Positions 1-13,051 of a stretch of 64,000 nucleotides of DNA are shown piece by piece. The translations under genes and the position numbers were made by a program. Origin of the DNA: Rhizodiscina lignyota (taxonomy: Eukaryota). Below the pieces are notes generated by a model. It was not told the origin of the DNA and ran no database searches. It was given only the letters and a program-made list of their open reading frames with translations. The first letter of the stretch is position 1; each line of letters starts with the position of its first letter. The stretch lies in the NCBI GenBank assembly GCA_010015805.1, contig ML978139.1:248001-312000 (forward strand). The letters run 5' to 3'.

Positions 1-1627
1 TTCGCCACGCAGACGCTTAATGCGCAAGCAGGTGATGGAGCAGAGGTACGAGAAGATAAGGGCTGCATTTGAAACAGACAGGATGGCGTTGAGGGCGACG
101 TCGGAACCAAAGTTAATGGCGGACAGGACAAGCGAGACTCCGAGAACGACTAGGATGGCATTGATCGGAATATCCCAGCCTGGGCGGACCTAATGCGCGA
201 ACAGCAGGTTAGGAACGCGCCACACAACCTAAAAACGAAACGAGGCTTGGCAGGAGTCAACCACTTACAAATTCGATCCAGCTTGAAAAGGGGAAACCCT
301 TGTCGCGGGCGAAGGCCCAGCACTGCCGGGAAGCCGAAGCCACCGTTGTGACGGAGGAAAAGTAAAGAAGGACGAGCAGCAGGCAGCCCATCACAATCGT
401 GCCGCCCTGCGAGCCAGTCACATTGTAGAGAACGTCAATGACCGGAGTGTCACTCGAGGAATTGACAATGACGTTGATGTCGGTAATGCAGAAGCAGAAC
501 GTGATGAGCATGATTATTCCGAGGATTCCGTTGAAGAAGGTGGCGTACATCATCGCGCGTGGGAGCACCAAGGAAGCGTCGTTGAGCTCCTCGGACATGT
601 GCGCACCAGCGTCAGGTCCAATGAAGCACCAGAGAGGTGTCGTAAGACCGACCAGAGTCGAAAGACCGTTGCTGCCCCATTCTCCGCCATCGTAGAATTG
701 GAGGAAAACATCGTGCGCAGATGCGTGATCGGCCATGACCCAGAAGAGAATGAGGAAGGCGAAAAACCCGAAGACGTGGATAACGAGGATAATTCCTTCC
801 GCGAGCGGCAGCTGCTGTGCGAGGAAGATGTTGAATGCCACGATGAGGAGGACCCACATGAAGAGAATCAGTGTGGCCTGCCAGAGTTGCTCGATGTTCG
901 CATTCGGGTTGGTGATGAGAATCATGCCCTCAAGCAAGCTGTACAGCATCTGTCCGCAAGCCGGGACGCCGGAAACCCAACCAAGACAGCACATCCATCC
1001 TGCGTGCATCGTTAGATTCTGCGTTGCCAAGTGGTACAGTGATCGTAACTTACCGACGATGTAGCTGAGCGGCTTCTGAACGGAGGCAGGCGCGAATTCA
1101 GAGACCCAATGATACTGGCCACCTGTTGTGCGATTAGCCACGGCATTCTCTTGAGATCACGAGACACCAACCTGCTGTGGGAGCCATGGAAGCCATTTCT
1201 GCCATTGACGCAATCATGGCCATAACGCAGATCCAGGTGCCGATGGTCGCCCAGATGCAGCCTGCTGTACCACCGTTGTAAAGGCCGTACCAATTGGAAC
1301 TGCATGGTACATGTAAGTCATTGTGTAACCACGCGCGGGTCCCCATGGCTTACAGTAAGGCGCTCTCCCATGTGGCCTGCAGAATCATCATGAAACCGAC
1401 GATGGAGATGAAGCGAAAGTTTCGCTGCGGAAATGGTCAATTGAGCTATCGAAACATTGCAGTGTTGTAGGGCGTACTCTCAATTCTGGCTTCTTGCCCA
1501 GGCGATACATGTCGTGCTGGTCCTCAGCAGTTCCTCTCTTGTTGGCCGCGACATCTTGGTTGTCGTACAATGCGGGAACCTCGTCGACGGACAGGCGGTC
1601 CCCGGACTTCTCCTGATCGAAAGACAT
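1..1627 (-). CDS. APC-family amino acid/GABA/choline permease; multi-exon, 3' end runs off the window
   Basis: Spliced pieces MSFDQEK...GKKPEL, ASMAEMASMAPTAG/GQYHWVSEFAP, GPDAGAHMSEE, ASRQCWAFARDKGFPFS are typical of fungal ACT/APC permeases; many TM segments; several short GT-AG introns. Confidence 0.9.
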
Positions 1628-4395
1628 TGTTGACCGCGTACGAGATGCTCCGCTAGTTGATAGATGAAGGGGGGCGCGCGAGAATGTACTCGAAAGGCTC
1701 GAGTATATGAACTGGAGTCCCCAGAATCGACTGAGTGGAGAAGAGAAAAGAAGGGAGCGACGGGTTGGCAGGGAGCATCAAAGTGATGATGATCCTAAGT
1801 TCGAGGCGGCGACCAGTTCGGCCAGGGACAGCGACATGGAGCGGCCTATACGGGAAGCACGGGTGTCACAGTACGCCGAAGCTAGTTGCTTGCTATTACC
1901 GCACGAAATTGCCACCGTGGAGCGGGCGTGCTTGCCTACGCAGCGACGCTCAGGGCAAAAGCAGGGTTACACAGGCACACCTGTTGCATGGTGCGAGCGT
2001 GATTGGGGCTGGCAGATGATGGGCAGCAAAAGAAATATTCCGCACAGGAGTCGAGCGAGCCCGGCGGGGTGGATGGGAGCGGGTTCCCTGAGCGGCGCCC
2101 TGACCGCTTTACGACCGCTTCGAAGGGTCCCAACCAGCGTTCACAGCGGGCCATGAGTGCATCGGAGAGGCAGTTGGCAATTCTCCTGCTTGCAACGCTG
2201 CGGCCTTCCCTGTACCACCAGTGGTGGCAGCGCCTCCGATTGCTCGTCCAACCACGCTGCCCCCGCCGCGGCAAATGCAGGCGACCGCAAAGGTGAGCGA
2301 GTTCAGCATGGATAACGTTCTCGCCTTCTAATGGCCGAGCGTGCTAGCTCGGCTGGAGCAACAATGGCATTCGGCCGCTCTAGCGCTCCCGCGCCGCCAG
2401 GAACAATAGGCGCTGCCGCTAAGCTGATAATTGCCGACGGGTTAAGCCCCTTTGGCTCTGCTCTACCTTAAATCCTTCCCGCCCCCAGATAGCCGAACAG
2501 CGTTAGGGCTGCCTCTATCAAATTGCGAGAGTCATGGGCTGGCCATTGACGTGCTGCACTCCACCTACCTCACATGCGCGCCAGAACGAGATGAAATTAA
2601 TTGACGGCTGCTGGTGCGGGAAAAGCAGCTCGGCCATGGCGTCTCACAGCTACTACGCTGCTCGATCTGTCGAGGATCGGCCGCCGAGGAGATTTTCTGA
2701 TGTCTTAGCGACCCTGCTCATCAACGAGGGCCCTTGCCACGAACCGCAGCGGAGAGACGGCGGCGTTGTGGAACCGTGCGTGGATGGCTGTATACAGTAT
2801 GCAAGGGAGTCGAACGGGCTGCTCAAAGTGATGCAGTTGGCACATCCCGCATGTCGTAACGGGTTCCTGTGCTCCAATCGATCGCCAGTAGCGTTCTTAC
2901 GTACCCAGTACTTGGGGAAGAAACAAGTATGCGCGAGGATGGGGAAGTACCAGAATACGGGGCGAGCAGCTGCGCACGACCGCTTCGCATTGAGTGTTCC
3001 ACGCTGGCACTGACATTCTGCTTGCGGTTGATTGCTAGCCTCACCCTCTCACAGCCTTGCGGACTTGGACTCGAGACGACCTCCGAGTTTACCGAAACAC
3101 TGGGGCGTGGCGCTGTGAAAGTGACCGAGTTTGCACGACGGGCATAAATCTTGCGCCATTCACATGCGGCCTCTGCTGTCACTGTGAACTGGTGTGAACT
3201 CTGTGAACATGAGTTTGCGCAATCTCCTGCCACAGTTGGTGAGAGTCGATAAAGCTGTGCGCCTTTGCAAAAAGTCTGGTAGCGACTCTGCGCTGACGCT
3301 ATCTAGCGTGGAGACGGCGGATACAGACCTGGTAGGTAGCGCGATACACCGGAAATCGGAGACCCACCGGCACATCGCTTGGGATTCATCTGATTCCACA
3401 CATTCCGCTCTCTTGATGCTCGTCCCTGTCCGTCATTGCGCTCGTAGAAGATCCCCGCCGTGGTCAGAGACACCCCTCCGCGCCCCTCCCTCCAACGCTC
3501 GTACCTGCGGGACGGACGTTTTCCCAGAAGGATGGATGTTTGTGTGATTGTCACGCCGTAGTCACGCAGCTCGCGTTGTAGGCGTGCGAGGCCTGGCACG
3601 GACGGAAGTGGTCGCCTGCTCCTATCACTGTGCCGTGCGAGCCTTTGAAACGACACGACGGGCCGGGGAGGTTTCGCTGCCGCTGTTTGTGCTGCGCTTT
3701 GCTTCTCTCTGCCGCGTGAGAGCGATTGCTGATATGGCGGCGGGTTGGATAGGTCAGAATCTGATGGGCCTCGAATGGCGCTCAGACCAAGGCGTTGCGC
3801 GGGGGCTGCCCCTTCCCAAAACGAACAGCAGGCGATCCATCCCGCTCGCATCGCGCCTGCCATTGGCCTGCCCCTGTCCAAGACGCTCCGCTCCCGTGTG
3901 GTGGCTGCTAGCCTCGACGCTCTGGTGACTGCGCCGTCAACATCACCGTTGCGACGCTCATTAAACCGTCGCGCTGGATACTGTGCGTTAGGTCTGATGG
4001 CCGTTTCATCGCGTGCCAAAGAAAGCACTCTTCTGCCTGAATCCCGCCCGTTTCTGGCTATCGCGTCGTTGCTTCTTTGATCGTGCTTCGCCTGCCCAGC
4101 GCCGCTTCCCTACGCGGGCGTGCGCAGCTTCCTCACGAGCTAGCCTCCATCTTCTCGAATCTGCAAGGAACGCTGTGTCGTTGTTTCCGTGCGAGAGTCG
4201 CCTACAGCCTCTCCTGCGTCGTCCGACCAGATTCCCTACTTAGCCCAGCCACTCTATCCTCTCGCCTGGGATCTCACAGCGTCGCCGATCATGTCCAGCA
4301 GGTGAACGTTACGTTGTTGAAAACCCTCCCCCTCTCCCTCGACTCATGCACCCTCCGGTCCGTTGCGATTCATACACCACGACGCACTGATCGCC

Positions 4396-6053
4396 ATGTC
4401 CGACTCGGGCTCTACAGCTTCTCACCACGTTGGATATGTCGATGGTCTCACTTTCACCATCAGTATCTGCCTCACTTATACGCTGTGCGTAAGTGCCATC
4501 CGAGCCTGGATCCGTCGGAGGCTTTATGGATGGGATGACTTGGTTGTGGCAGTTTCGACTGTAAGATCCCCTGCCAATTAAATGCAAATACAATCGCTGA
4601 TTTGATTCAGGTCTTCATCCTTGGCTTCTACGCAACGAGCTATGTCTCCCTCGGTGCGGGCCTAGGAAAGAATGCGAAGACTATATATTCCGAGTCATCG
4701 TCGAAGTTGGGCACTCTCAACAGGTCCACAGTGTCGCGCAACATACTGTTCTTGATCACTCTCTACTTCTCCAAAGCAGGTGTGGTCGCATTCCTGGAGC
4801 GGACAACGAAGACCAAGAAGCACCAGATCGTCCACTACATTTGTTTCGGTCTGTTCGCAGTATTGGGAATCGGCTCCATTATTGCTATAACAGCCGACTG
4901 TGGGAATCCGAACCGGTACTTTTTCTGGGACCTGAAGAAAACTGGACCATATTGTCCCTCCCAGGTGTGTAACTAATCTAGGAGTTTATCATTTCATAAA
5001 ACGTACTGACATCTTCCAGACAACAAGATGGCAGATTGTGACGGCTTTCGATGTCTTTACAGAAGTCGTACTTGCTGCTCTTCCTCTCCATCTGATGTGG
5101 GAACTGCAGATGCCTACAAAGAAGAAGGTCATCATCATTGCGGCTTTCTATGTCCGCCTGCCGTAAGCTCGAACAATACTTTTCCTCACTACGATAATTT
5201 GCTAATGTGCGCCAGTGTCATCGGTTTTTCCCTGGCTGGCAATTATTGGGCAATCTCGCACTACCCCTTTTCTAAAGATCCTGGCCTTGCGGGTGCTCTC
5301 ATCACCATCTGGCAAGAAGTCGAAGTCGCCTACTCTCTTGCAGCCGTCACCATTTCGGCGTCAAAGGCATTTGCCGACGCCTTTTCCACCGGCTTCGGCT
5401 GGGGCGATACCTTCAGGGAGGCCGCTACGCAGTATGCCATGGAGAGCCCATTGAACAGTCGGACAGCCGCCAGTCGTGCGCAACACAGCCGGCGTCGCAG
5501 TGGAGCCGCCGATTTTGGAAATGCTAACGGTGCCATCACGAGCGAAAACCGGTCGAGGCATGGTTTTCGTGAGTTGAAAAAGATGTCACCTACCTCCACC
5601 ACCACTGACGACGGGACGGAGGCGATTTCGCAGATGGAGACGGTAGTCGAGAAAAATGACACGTCGATGCCGCAGTATGCCCAGAACGAGTACAACTACG
5701 GCAGCCGCCCTCGAACTGAAGGTTCTGAAGAAGGTCGAAGCGGTCGCGGTAGCTGGAAAAAGCAGGTCTTGAGCCCACAGGTTACCGAGTTCCAAGACCC
5801 TTTGGAAAGCGAGAATGAGGAGGCGCAGATGAAACTCCGCCCTGAGAGGAAGCTCAGGAACACTGCCGTCATCACGTCGGACCACACTTTCGTGCCTCAC
5901 CACGCGAAGCGACCGACTGGCGAAGGGGGCAGCGTGGAGAGCGCCCACACCGACGATATGGTCATCGTTCGCAATGTCGATTACTCAGTCCGATACGACG
6001 AAGCGCCAATCCTAGATCGTACACACCGCCACCCTTATTCCGAAGAGAACTAA
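4396..6053 (+). CDS. PTH11-type (fungal rhodopsin-domain) integral membrane protein without CFEM; long hydrophilic C-tail
   Basis: IRAWIRRRLYGWDD motif, LYFSKAGVVAFL, WQIVTAFDVFTEVVLAALPL, IWQEVEVAYSL; introns at about 4561-4610, 4965-5019, 5163-5215. Confidence 0.8.
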
Positions 6054-6797
6054 TACCCGCCTCTCGTCAGTCTCATAATCCGCCATCCGCTTGCACATAC
6101 ATCTTTGCTCTTTACAACGCCATGATTTCAGACGTATATATTTCTCTCTCTCACGGGCTGATGTGTACTATATGATGATGTCTGTCCGGTTCAGGGGTCG
6201 GTTCGTCGGGGATTATCTCATGGGGATTAGAAAGTCCTGTCTGGCTTTTTCTTTTTTTTTCATTAGCGTGCGATACCAGGTACAGATGTGCTTAGCTCTC
6301 TATTTTTTGCTTGTCGATATTTTTCCTTGAGCGCGACATACCCTTCTTCTCGAGACGGGTTGGGGCTCCTGTGTATATTTCCCTTTGCCTGTGGCTCGAG
6401 AAGACAAAAGTCGGGAGAAGAATCTATTCATGTTTATCGTGCATCCGCTTTCGTCTTCTATCGTCGTGACTGTTGTGGCCTACTGAACAGCTTCTACGCT
6501 TTATCGACTGAGGAGCCACTTGAAGGTGTGACTGCATGTGTGCGGAGGTTGGATTCGATTATCGGTGGAGACTACAGTCTGCACATCATAGCTGTGCGGT
6601 GTGTTGGGAGTTACGAGCAATTCTTTTGCCATCTTCAGGCTTCCATGCTAACGAACACAGCAAACACGCGGGCGCACAAAACACCGATGTGTAGTGTGTT
6701 ATCTAGGATAAACAACCTTTCCCCCACCGATGTCTTCCTTCCTTCCTTCCCACATCACCCACTATACATACACCCACACTTCTCTACGACACGAAAT

Positions 6798-7905
6798 ATG
6801 GGGTTCAGCACTATCGCTGGAGTCACCTGGGCAATTCCAGTCCCGATCACACACCTTGGCGCAGGTCTGGAAGCACACCTGGAGTCGAAACCTGCTATTA
6901 CCGCACTCCGTCTATGCCACCGCTTTGGCCAAGGTGACAATGTCTTTATCATCAAGCTGCCCCAGGAGCTCTTTGACCAAGTCATAGACGAGGTCTTATG
7001 TGAGAGCCGCGAGGCTTCTTTGAAAGAATGGGAAGCCAACTTCACGTGTTACGAAAACAGATGCCATCTGTTGGATCATCTCCATGACTCGGAATATGAC
7101 GAGTTTGCTACCCATGATCATGATCATGACTTTATCCATTCTAAATCTCTCTATGAGTATAGCTTAGGCGGGAAAGCCGGATACGTAGCAAGACGCATCC
7201 ATGATGAGAAATGCAATGAGTGGGAGCGTCGAACTAAGCAGGATGGAACTTCCGGATTAACGAAATATGATCAAGTAAGTGCATCGTCGGTATTATCATT
7301 TTTGAAGCTCATAAATAAACTTAATAGCATTAGGTCCTTCGTCAAGATTTTGGCTTAGAAGCTTTTATCTCGCACCAATACGTACCAGATCTGGCGATTC
7401 CGTACCTCTCCACTCCAGGGAGATCCACCGCGTGGAACGGTGCCCATACCACTCTGGCTTATCTTACTCTGCCCAACCAATTCGAACGCGATGATCTCGG
7501 TTACGACAAATATCGAGATGAAAATAGATACATGTCAACAACCGTTGTTTGTATTGACCCATCGATTATGACTCTCACCAACGAGCAAAAGGGCCGCTTC
7601 GAACGAGCTACGCGTTGGCTCGACTTACAAGCTTTTGTACACGTCACTCAGGTGCCCAACCTAGTCACGACTACCGAAAGTCCCCTGCGATTAAGGGGTC
7701 GGACCAGGCTGTTCAAGGACCATCTCTATAACCTGTCGTTGGAAGAGCGCGAGCGCGAGAGGGAGCAGATGGAGAAACTCCGCCTAAGTAAGATAACGTG
7801 GATACGTTACTGTTCTACGTTTCAGTGCTAACCGAAATCTCAGAGATCCAAGATGGACAATGGCCGAAACTGCTCAGTCTCGTCAAGTCTGATCTTAGAA
7901 TGTAA
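6798..7905 (+). CDS. Hypothetical protein with N-terminal F-box-like motif (paralog A)
   Basis: ATG 6798; introns 7275-7333 and 7788-7843 restore one reading frame ending WPKLLSLVKSDLRM*; collinear similarity to the next gene; KLPQELFDQVI motif. Confidence 0.75.
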
Positions 7906-8673
7906 GAGCATGCTACTACCTCCCTCCAAGAGGGCGACAAAAATTTGAGCCACGACTACAACACGTCGAACCATGAGGACACATAATCTCGTTGGTCACT
8001 GAGTCGATACACATCATACACGTTGAAGCTGCGAACTTTGGATAAATACTATCTGGTGTATATTCAATCGAGCTTTCAGAGATGTTCTCGGTTGCGTTTG
8101 AGAACAAAACCTGTCCTTACTGCGGCAATTCGACCAATTGGGCTCAACTATTTTGTCACCCATGTGCACTCTTCCCACACTTGGAAAGGCTTACGAACTC
8201 CAGAGAGCATTAACAGGCCCCGAAACGAGCAAAACGACTTCCTCCTGCAACTGCTCCGCCGTCTTGAGCAGTCCGACCGTTCTCTCCACAGCAGCAGAAG
8301 CAGAAAGAAATGATTGCAATTGAACTGCTCGTGGCTGCTGCGATTGTTGTAAACGCATCATCGTCTTCAATTTCAATTGCAAAGCTCTACTGAGGTGCCG
8401 CCTGCATACGCTGCGAACACGTGAGAGCGCGACAACACCGTGACGTGACGCGTGCCTTCCTTCTTTATCTGCGGGGTGCCTAAAACCTCAAACCTTCTAC
8501 CAGCTTCCTTCATTGTTCCAACCTCACTCTTCCCTCTCACAGCAACTTTCTTCGTTCAAAACAGGTGGTAGGCTTTCATCTCAAATCTCTTATGGATGGC
8601 ATAATTGACTTCCACAAGCAGAACACCAATCGCTGGAACTGATCAACCGTCCTCCAGGCGTTCCAAGGACACA

Positions 8674-9784
8674 ATGAGCTCCGCAAGCTCCGCTGTTGCC
8701 TGGGCAGTCCCCATTCGCATGCCTCAATTGGGCGCGCATTTGCAGGCCCACCTGGAAGCTAAGCCGGTCCTCAACCTTCTACGCTTGTGCCATCGCTTTG
8801 GCACAGGTCCCAATAATCACTTACCAAAGCTCCCGCAAGAGCTGCTCGATATGATCATCGCGGAATATATGTCCGATGCTCGCAAGGAATATGTCAAACA
8901 ATGGAACAGAGACTTCGAGTGCTATGAAGAAACGTGCAGAAGACGAGACCATATACCTGAGGAGGAGCACCAGGATTACCTCGACGTATTAGGTACTGCG
9001 GTTGGAGGTAAAAGTCCAACTTCGTCCGAACTCAGTGATCAACTTGCCGACATCGGCGACCCCATTTTCGACGCGCACTACAGCTCCCTCCACGCGTGGT
9101 CGGGCCGCATCTGCCAACATGAGGGTGGGGCGTTCGCGAAATACGATAAGGTAAGGATTTTAATTATCGTTAGTATAATGTTAATAATATTGTTTACAGA
9201 TCCTTCGAAAGGAGTTTGGCCTTGAAGCGTTCATCGCAGCGCAACGCATTCCTGACGAGGTCTTCCCATACCTTGATATCACCCGACACAGATATGTCAG
9301 CGACAACATGAACACAATCATCGCATTTTTGATGTTGCCCAGTCATGTGCTGGAAGAGAGTTTCAATGAGGCGGACTGTGCTGAAGCTGACGGAGAGTTT
9401 TACGAGGTCTTCTCGACAATGTCAATGTGTATCGATCCTGCAACGCTGGCTCTAAGTGAGGAGCAAAAGGGCCGTTTCGAACGCGCTATGCGCGTGCTTG
9501 AGCTGGACGTCTTCGTCCACATCATACAACTTGGTGAGCTCGTGAAGCCGAGCAATGTCAACGGACTTGCGAAGAAAACCTCACGGACCAGACTGTTCAC
9601 CGACGACTTCTCCAAGTTGACAACGAAGCAAAAGGAGGAGAAGAAAACTGAAATTAAAGAGATGAAGCGCAGTAAGGACCTCAAGTTGTGTTCATAGTTG
9701 GGCTCCGCTAATACGGATCAAGATGTCGAAGAGAGCCAATGGCCAAAGCTGTTGAGCATGGTGAAGTACTCCAGCGCATGGTAA
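8674..9784 (+). CDS. Hypothetical protein with N-terminal F-box-like motif (paralog B)
   Basis: ATG 8674; introns 9151-9199 and 9672-9722 at the same positions as in paralog A; ends WPKLLSMVKYSSAW*; KLPQELLDMII motif. Confidence 0.75.
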
Positions 9785-10606
9785 GGCTAGTACCTAATAA
9801 GTCATTTTTTTTCGTACGCTGAATCCGACTGATCAGGTTTCTATAGGAATATATTCTGAAACGTCCTATCTTCTGAGGCTCTGAGGGATGGACTCCGTAC
9901 TCAGTAGCTTGTGCTCTACCAGTACCCACAAGCTCACGAGAAGGCACGAGCTTTAAGCTACACGCTTTATTTCTTTTCCTGGCTTGCAGATACGAATGTG
10001 TCGTCCAGATGGACCTTGCTTATACATGTTGCTCGTTATGATTAGCTATCGGGATGGTGACATTCAAGTCATAGGGAAATTACGACGTTTAAGTGGGCGG
10101 AATGGAAGAAATGTATGACAGCTTAAATTCGAACAAAAATCTCGCAGCCATTGCGCGAGGGCTGATGCTTTGATTTATGAAGGCGCTGCGATTGTGAACA
10201 GGGTGCTTGCAAGAGTGGTCCTCTTACAAGTATTTGGGTATGTATGCCGCCGTGTAATTGACATGTTGGCTCAATGGCGGCAAGGTTTGACCACAACTTT
10301 AAGTTCACAGACTTGATCCGTCGTACGCATAAGGTCCTTCGGCTTACCATGTAAAATGCGCTAGGAATTTCATCTAAACTTACCCCGTCTGGCGGTAAAT
10401 GGAAGGTCTTGCAATAAAGCTGCTTTGCGCATGTTAATTTCCAAGGAAATGGTTATTCTCGATACTCTGTGCTGGCTACATTGAAGTTGCGCTATCAGTG
10501 CAATTCGCATCGACATCAAAATCAGCATCATTGATGTCAATATCGAGACAACACAACCTTTTACACTGCACAATTATGTTGTACAAAGCAGTCCATGTTT
10601 TCTTGT

Positions 10607-12147
10607 TCAGAGCTCTTCAGGCACAGATGTGCTGTCGCTTCCATCGTTGTCCGCAACCATCTTACTCAGCGGCCCTTTCTTAACCATCAGGGTCATAACT
10701 TCATAAAGCGTGTCTGCCGCAGCCATCGTCGTGTGTTCCGCATTGGTATCGTATGCTGGGGCAACCTCGACAATATCCGCCGCAATGAGATTGATGCCCT
10801 CCAATCCGCGAATGATGGTCCGCAACTCACGAGTCGACCAGCCACCAGTCTCTGGCGTTCCGGTTGCAGGTGCAACTGCGATTCCGCCAGTAAGCCTACG
10901 ACTACACTGAATACGACCCGAAACTCAAAGTGCAATACTTACAGGCGGGATCCAAAGTGTCAATATCGATGCTCAAATAAACCGGCTTTTCTGTACCAAC
11001 TCTCTCCTTGATCTTCCTTATGATTCCGTGCATTCCAATAGTATCAATCTCACGCGCCTCAACAATCTGGAAGCCGCAGTAACCGTCATTCTCGTAGTCT
11101 GACGGTCCTGAGAGAGTCGTGCGAATACCGGCATGGATGTTGGAGTCGTTTGCGAGCAGACCTTCTTGTGAAGCATGGTAGAAGTATGTGCCATGGTTGA
11201 TACTGGCTTGGTGCGATGGCGAGCCGCCGAAGACCTTTGGTTTCCAGGTATCACTTTTCTTTGTTAGTTCCTTGTTTAGATTCATCTTCCGTTATGGTCC
11301 TGAAACTCACAGATGGCTGTCAAAGTGGATGACACTGATCGGACCGTATTCACGGGTCACGCTTCGCAGCAACGGGAGCGTGATGGTGTGGTCACCGCCC
11401 AGTGTAATGACTCTCGGAAGTGTCTTGCCTTTCTTTGAGGGACCCGGCTTATCCGAGTCAGTCTTCGGTTTGCGCGAAAGGATGCTGTTGTGGCCCTCCT
11501 CAATCTGCTTGAGCGCATACGCATTGTCATATCTTTCATCTGTCAGATTTCTCTTCTTCTGCTCCACTGATGAATCCGATCATCGTCGGGGCTCAGTAAG
11601 ACTCACGATGTCACGGGAATATCGCCGCAGTCGATCACCTTCGCCCACGAATTGAACGGGTTCGCTTCAAGAGGGACGTTGTAACCACCGCTGAATCCAA
11701 CCTTTCGTGAGCCTTGATCGCCGAGAATCAGCTGGATGCTCCGTGGAGCCTGAGAGCTTACTAGAGATTCAGGCGGCGAGAACCTTGTCTGATTCCACTT
11801 GGGCCAAACCGGGCACCTGGACGATATGAAGTGCCTGTATCGAATGGTGCTCCAATGAATGCAATGTCGTAAGAGACATCATCACTCGCGAGACACGGGT
11901 AGTACCCGAGCCTACCAAAGGTTGAGATACCGGAGAAGACGGAGTCGGCCTGCAGAGAGCAGTCAATCGAGGCTCATGAGTGATCTTAGAGAAGTTTTTG
12001 AAGGCATACCTGCGTACCGCCATCCCCAGGCAAAGTATTGTACCACAAGCTCTTATGCGGTCCCTCAATTGGCTGCTGATCCTCACTGTGCTCGTGAGCT
12101 ACAGCAAAAGCCGCGATTGCAGCTACCAAGCCCAATTGACACCGCAT
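10607..12147 (-). CDS. Agmatinase/guanidinobutyrase-type ureohydrolase (arginase family) with predicted signal peptide; multi-intron
   Basis: [32 protein letters not shown](D), [21 protein letters not shown] metal-binding motifs; N-terminus [17 protein letters not shown]. Confidence 0.9.
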
Positions 12148-13051
12148 CTCGCCGAATTACTTCAGTTCCCTTCAGCTTCCTACAGTGACACTGCAAGAAA
12201 ATCAGATGAAGGAACAGGAATGCAAGGCAGAAAGGAAGATGAAAGAGAAGGAAAATTCAGTGGAGCTCTGAGATAGCTCTCACCCAGCTACCTGACGTCT
12301 TTCTCTTAGTCACAGTGCTGCGGAAAGCTACTCATGAACATTGGTATCGCGATTGGATGCCCTATCGGTGTCGCCGGGATCGCATCATAGATGCACAACG
12401 ACGGTTTGTCAATTCGCGTAGTGAGAAAAACGCTGCCCCGCGATGGTCGAAAGAGCTTGGATCTCAATGCGAGCCGAGTGGAGTCGAGACGCATCATGCC
12501 CCTCTTCCCTGAAAGGGTTATGTAAAACAGCAGCGGCTATGCATTCCATCTTCGTCTGATGCAATTGCTGGCTTCTTATCGCCCTGTGGATTTCAATTGG
12601 AGTATACTGAAGTCTAACTGCTTCTAGATCTATCATACTCTCCTTAATCAGAACGGATAGAGGAGCTCCAAAGCTCTACTCGCTCTCCTCGGCTTACGGT
12701 CATCAGTGACAGTAGCTCACTGATATCATCGCTCCTTTCGCTGTCGCATTTGAGAATAGTCAATGACAACACGTACAGCTTACCTGCAGGTCTTCTTGCA
12801 GGCTAACCTCTCTCGAGGCCAATCGGCATTCAGTCACCACGTGTCTAGGATCTGAGATATGTCATTCCAAATCCTCTTATCCCACGGATAATTCCCGTTT
12901 CGCCGGCCAGTTTGTAATGCATGCCTCCATGCGCTTCGCACAGCATGAAAATCGCTTTGGAGAGCTACCAACACCCTTCGACCGGCGGTCATGGCCGTGA
13001 GCCGCTGTTCTATCGAAATCGTGAATCGTAACTGTCAAACGGGAATGTTGT

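Noticed and set aside
1707..4300. Many 100-240 aa ORFs between the permease and PTH11-like gene
   Set aside because: R/S/A/P-rich translations typical of GC-rich divergent promoter/UTR DNA; no domains or consistent splice pattern
6288..6797. N-terminal extension of the 356-aa ORF
   Set aside because: Non-ATG start; similarity to the paralog begins at ATG 6798
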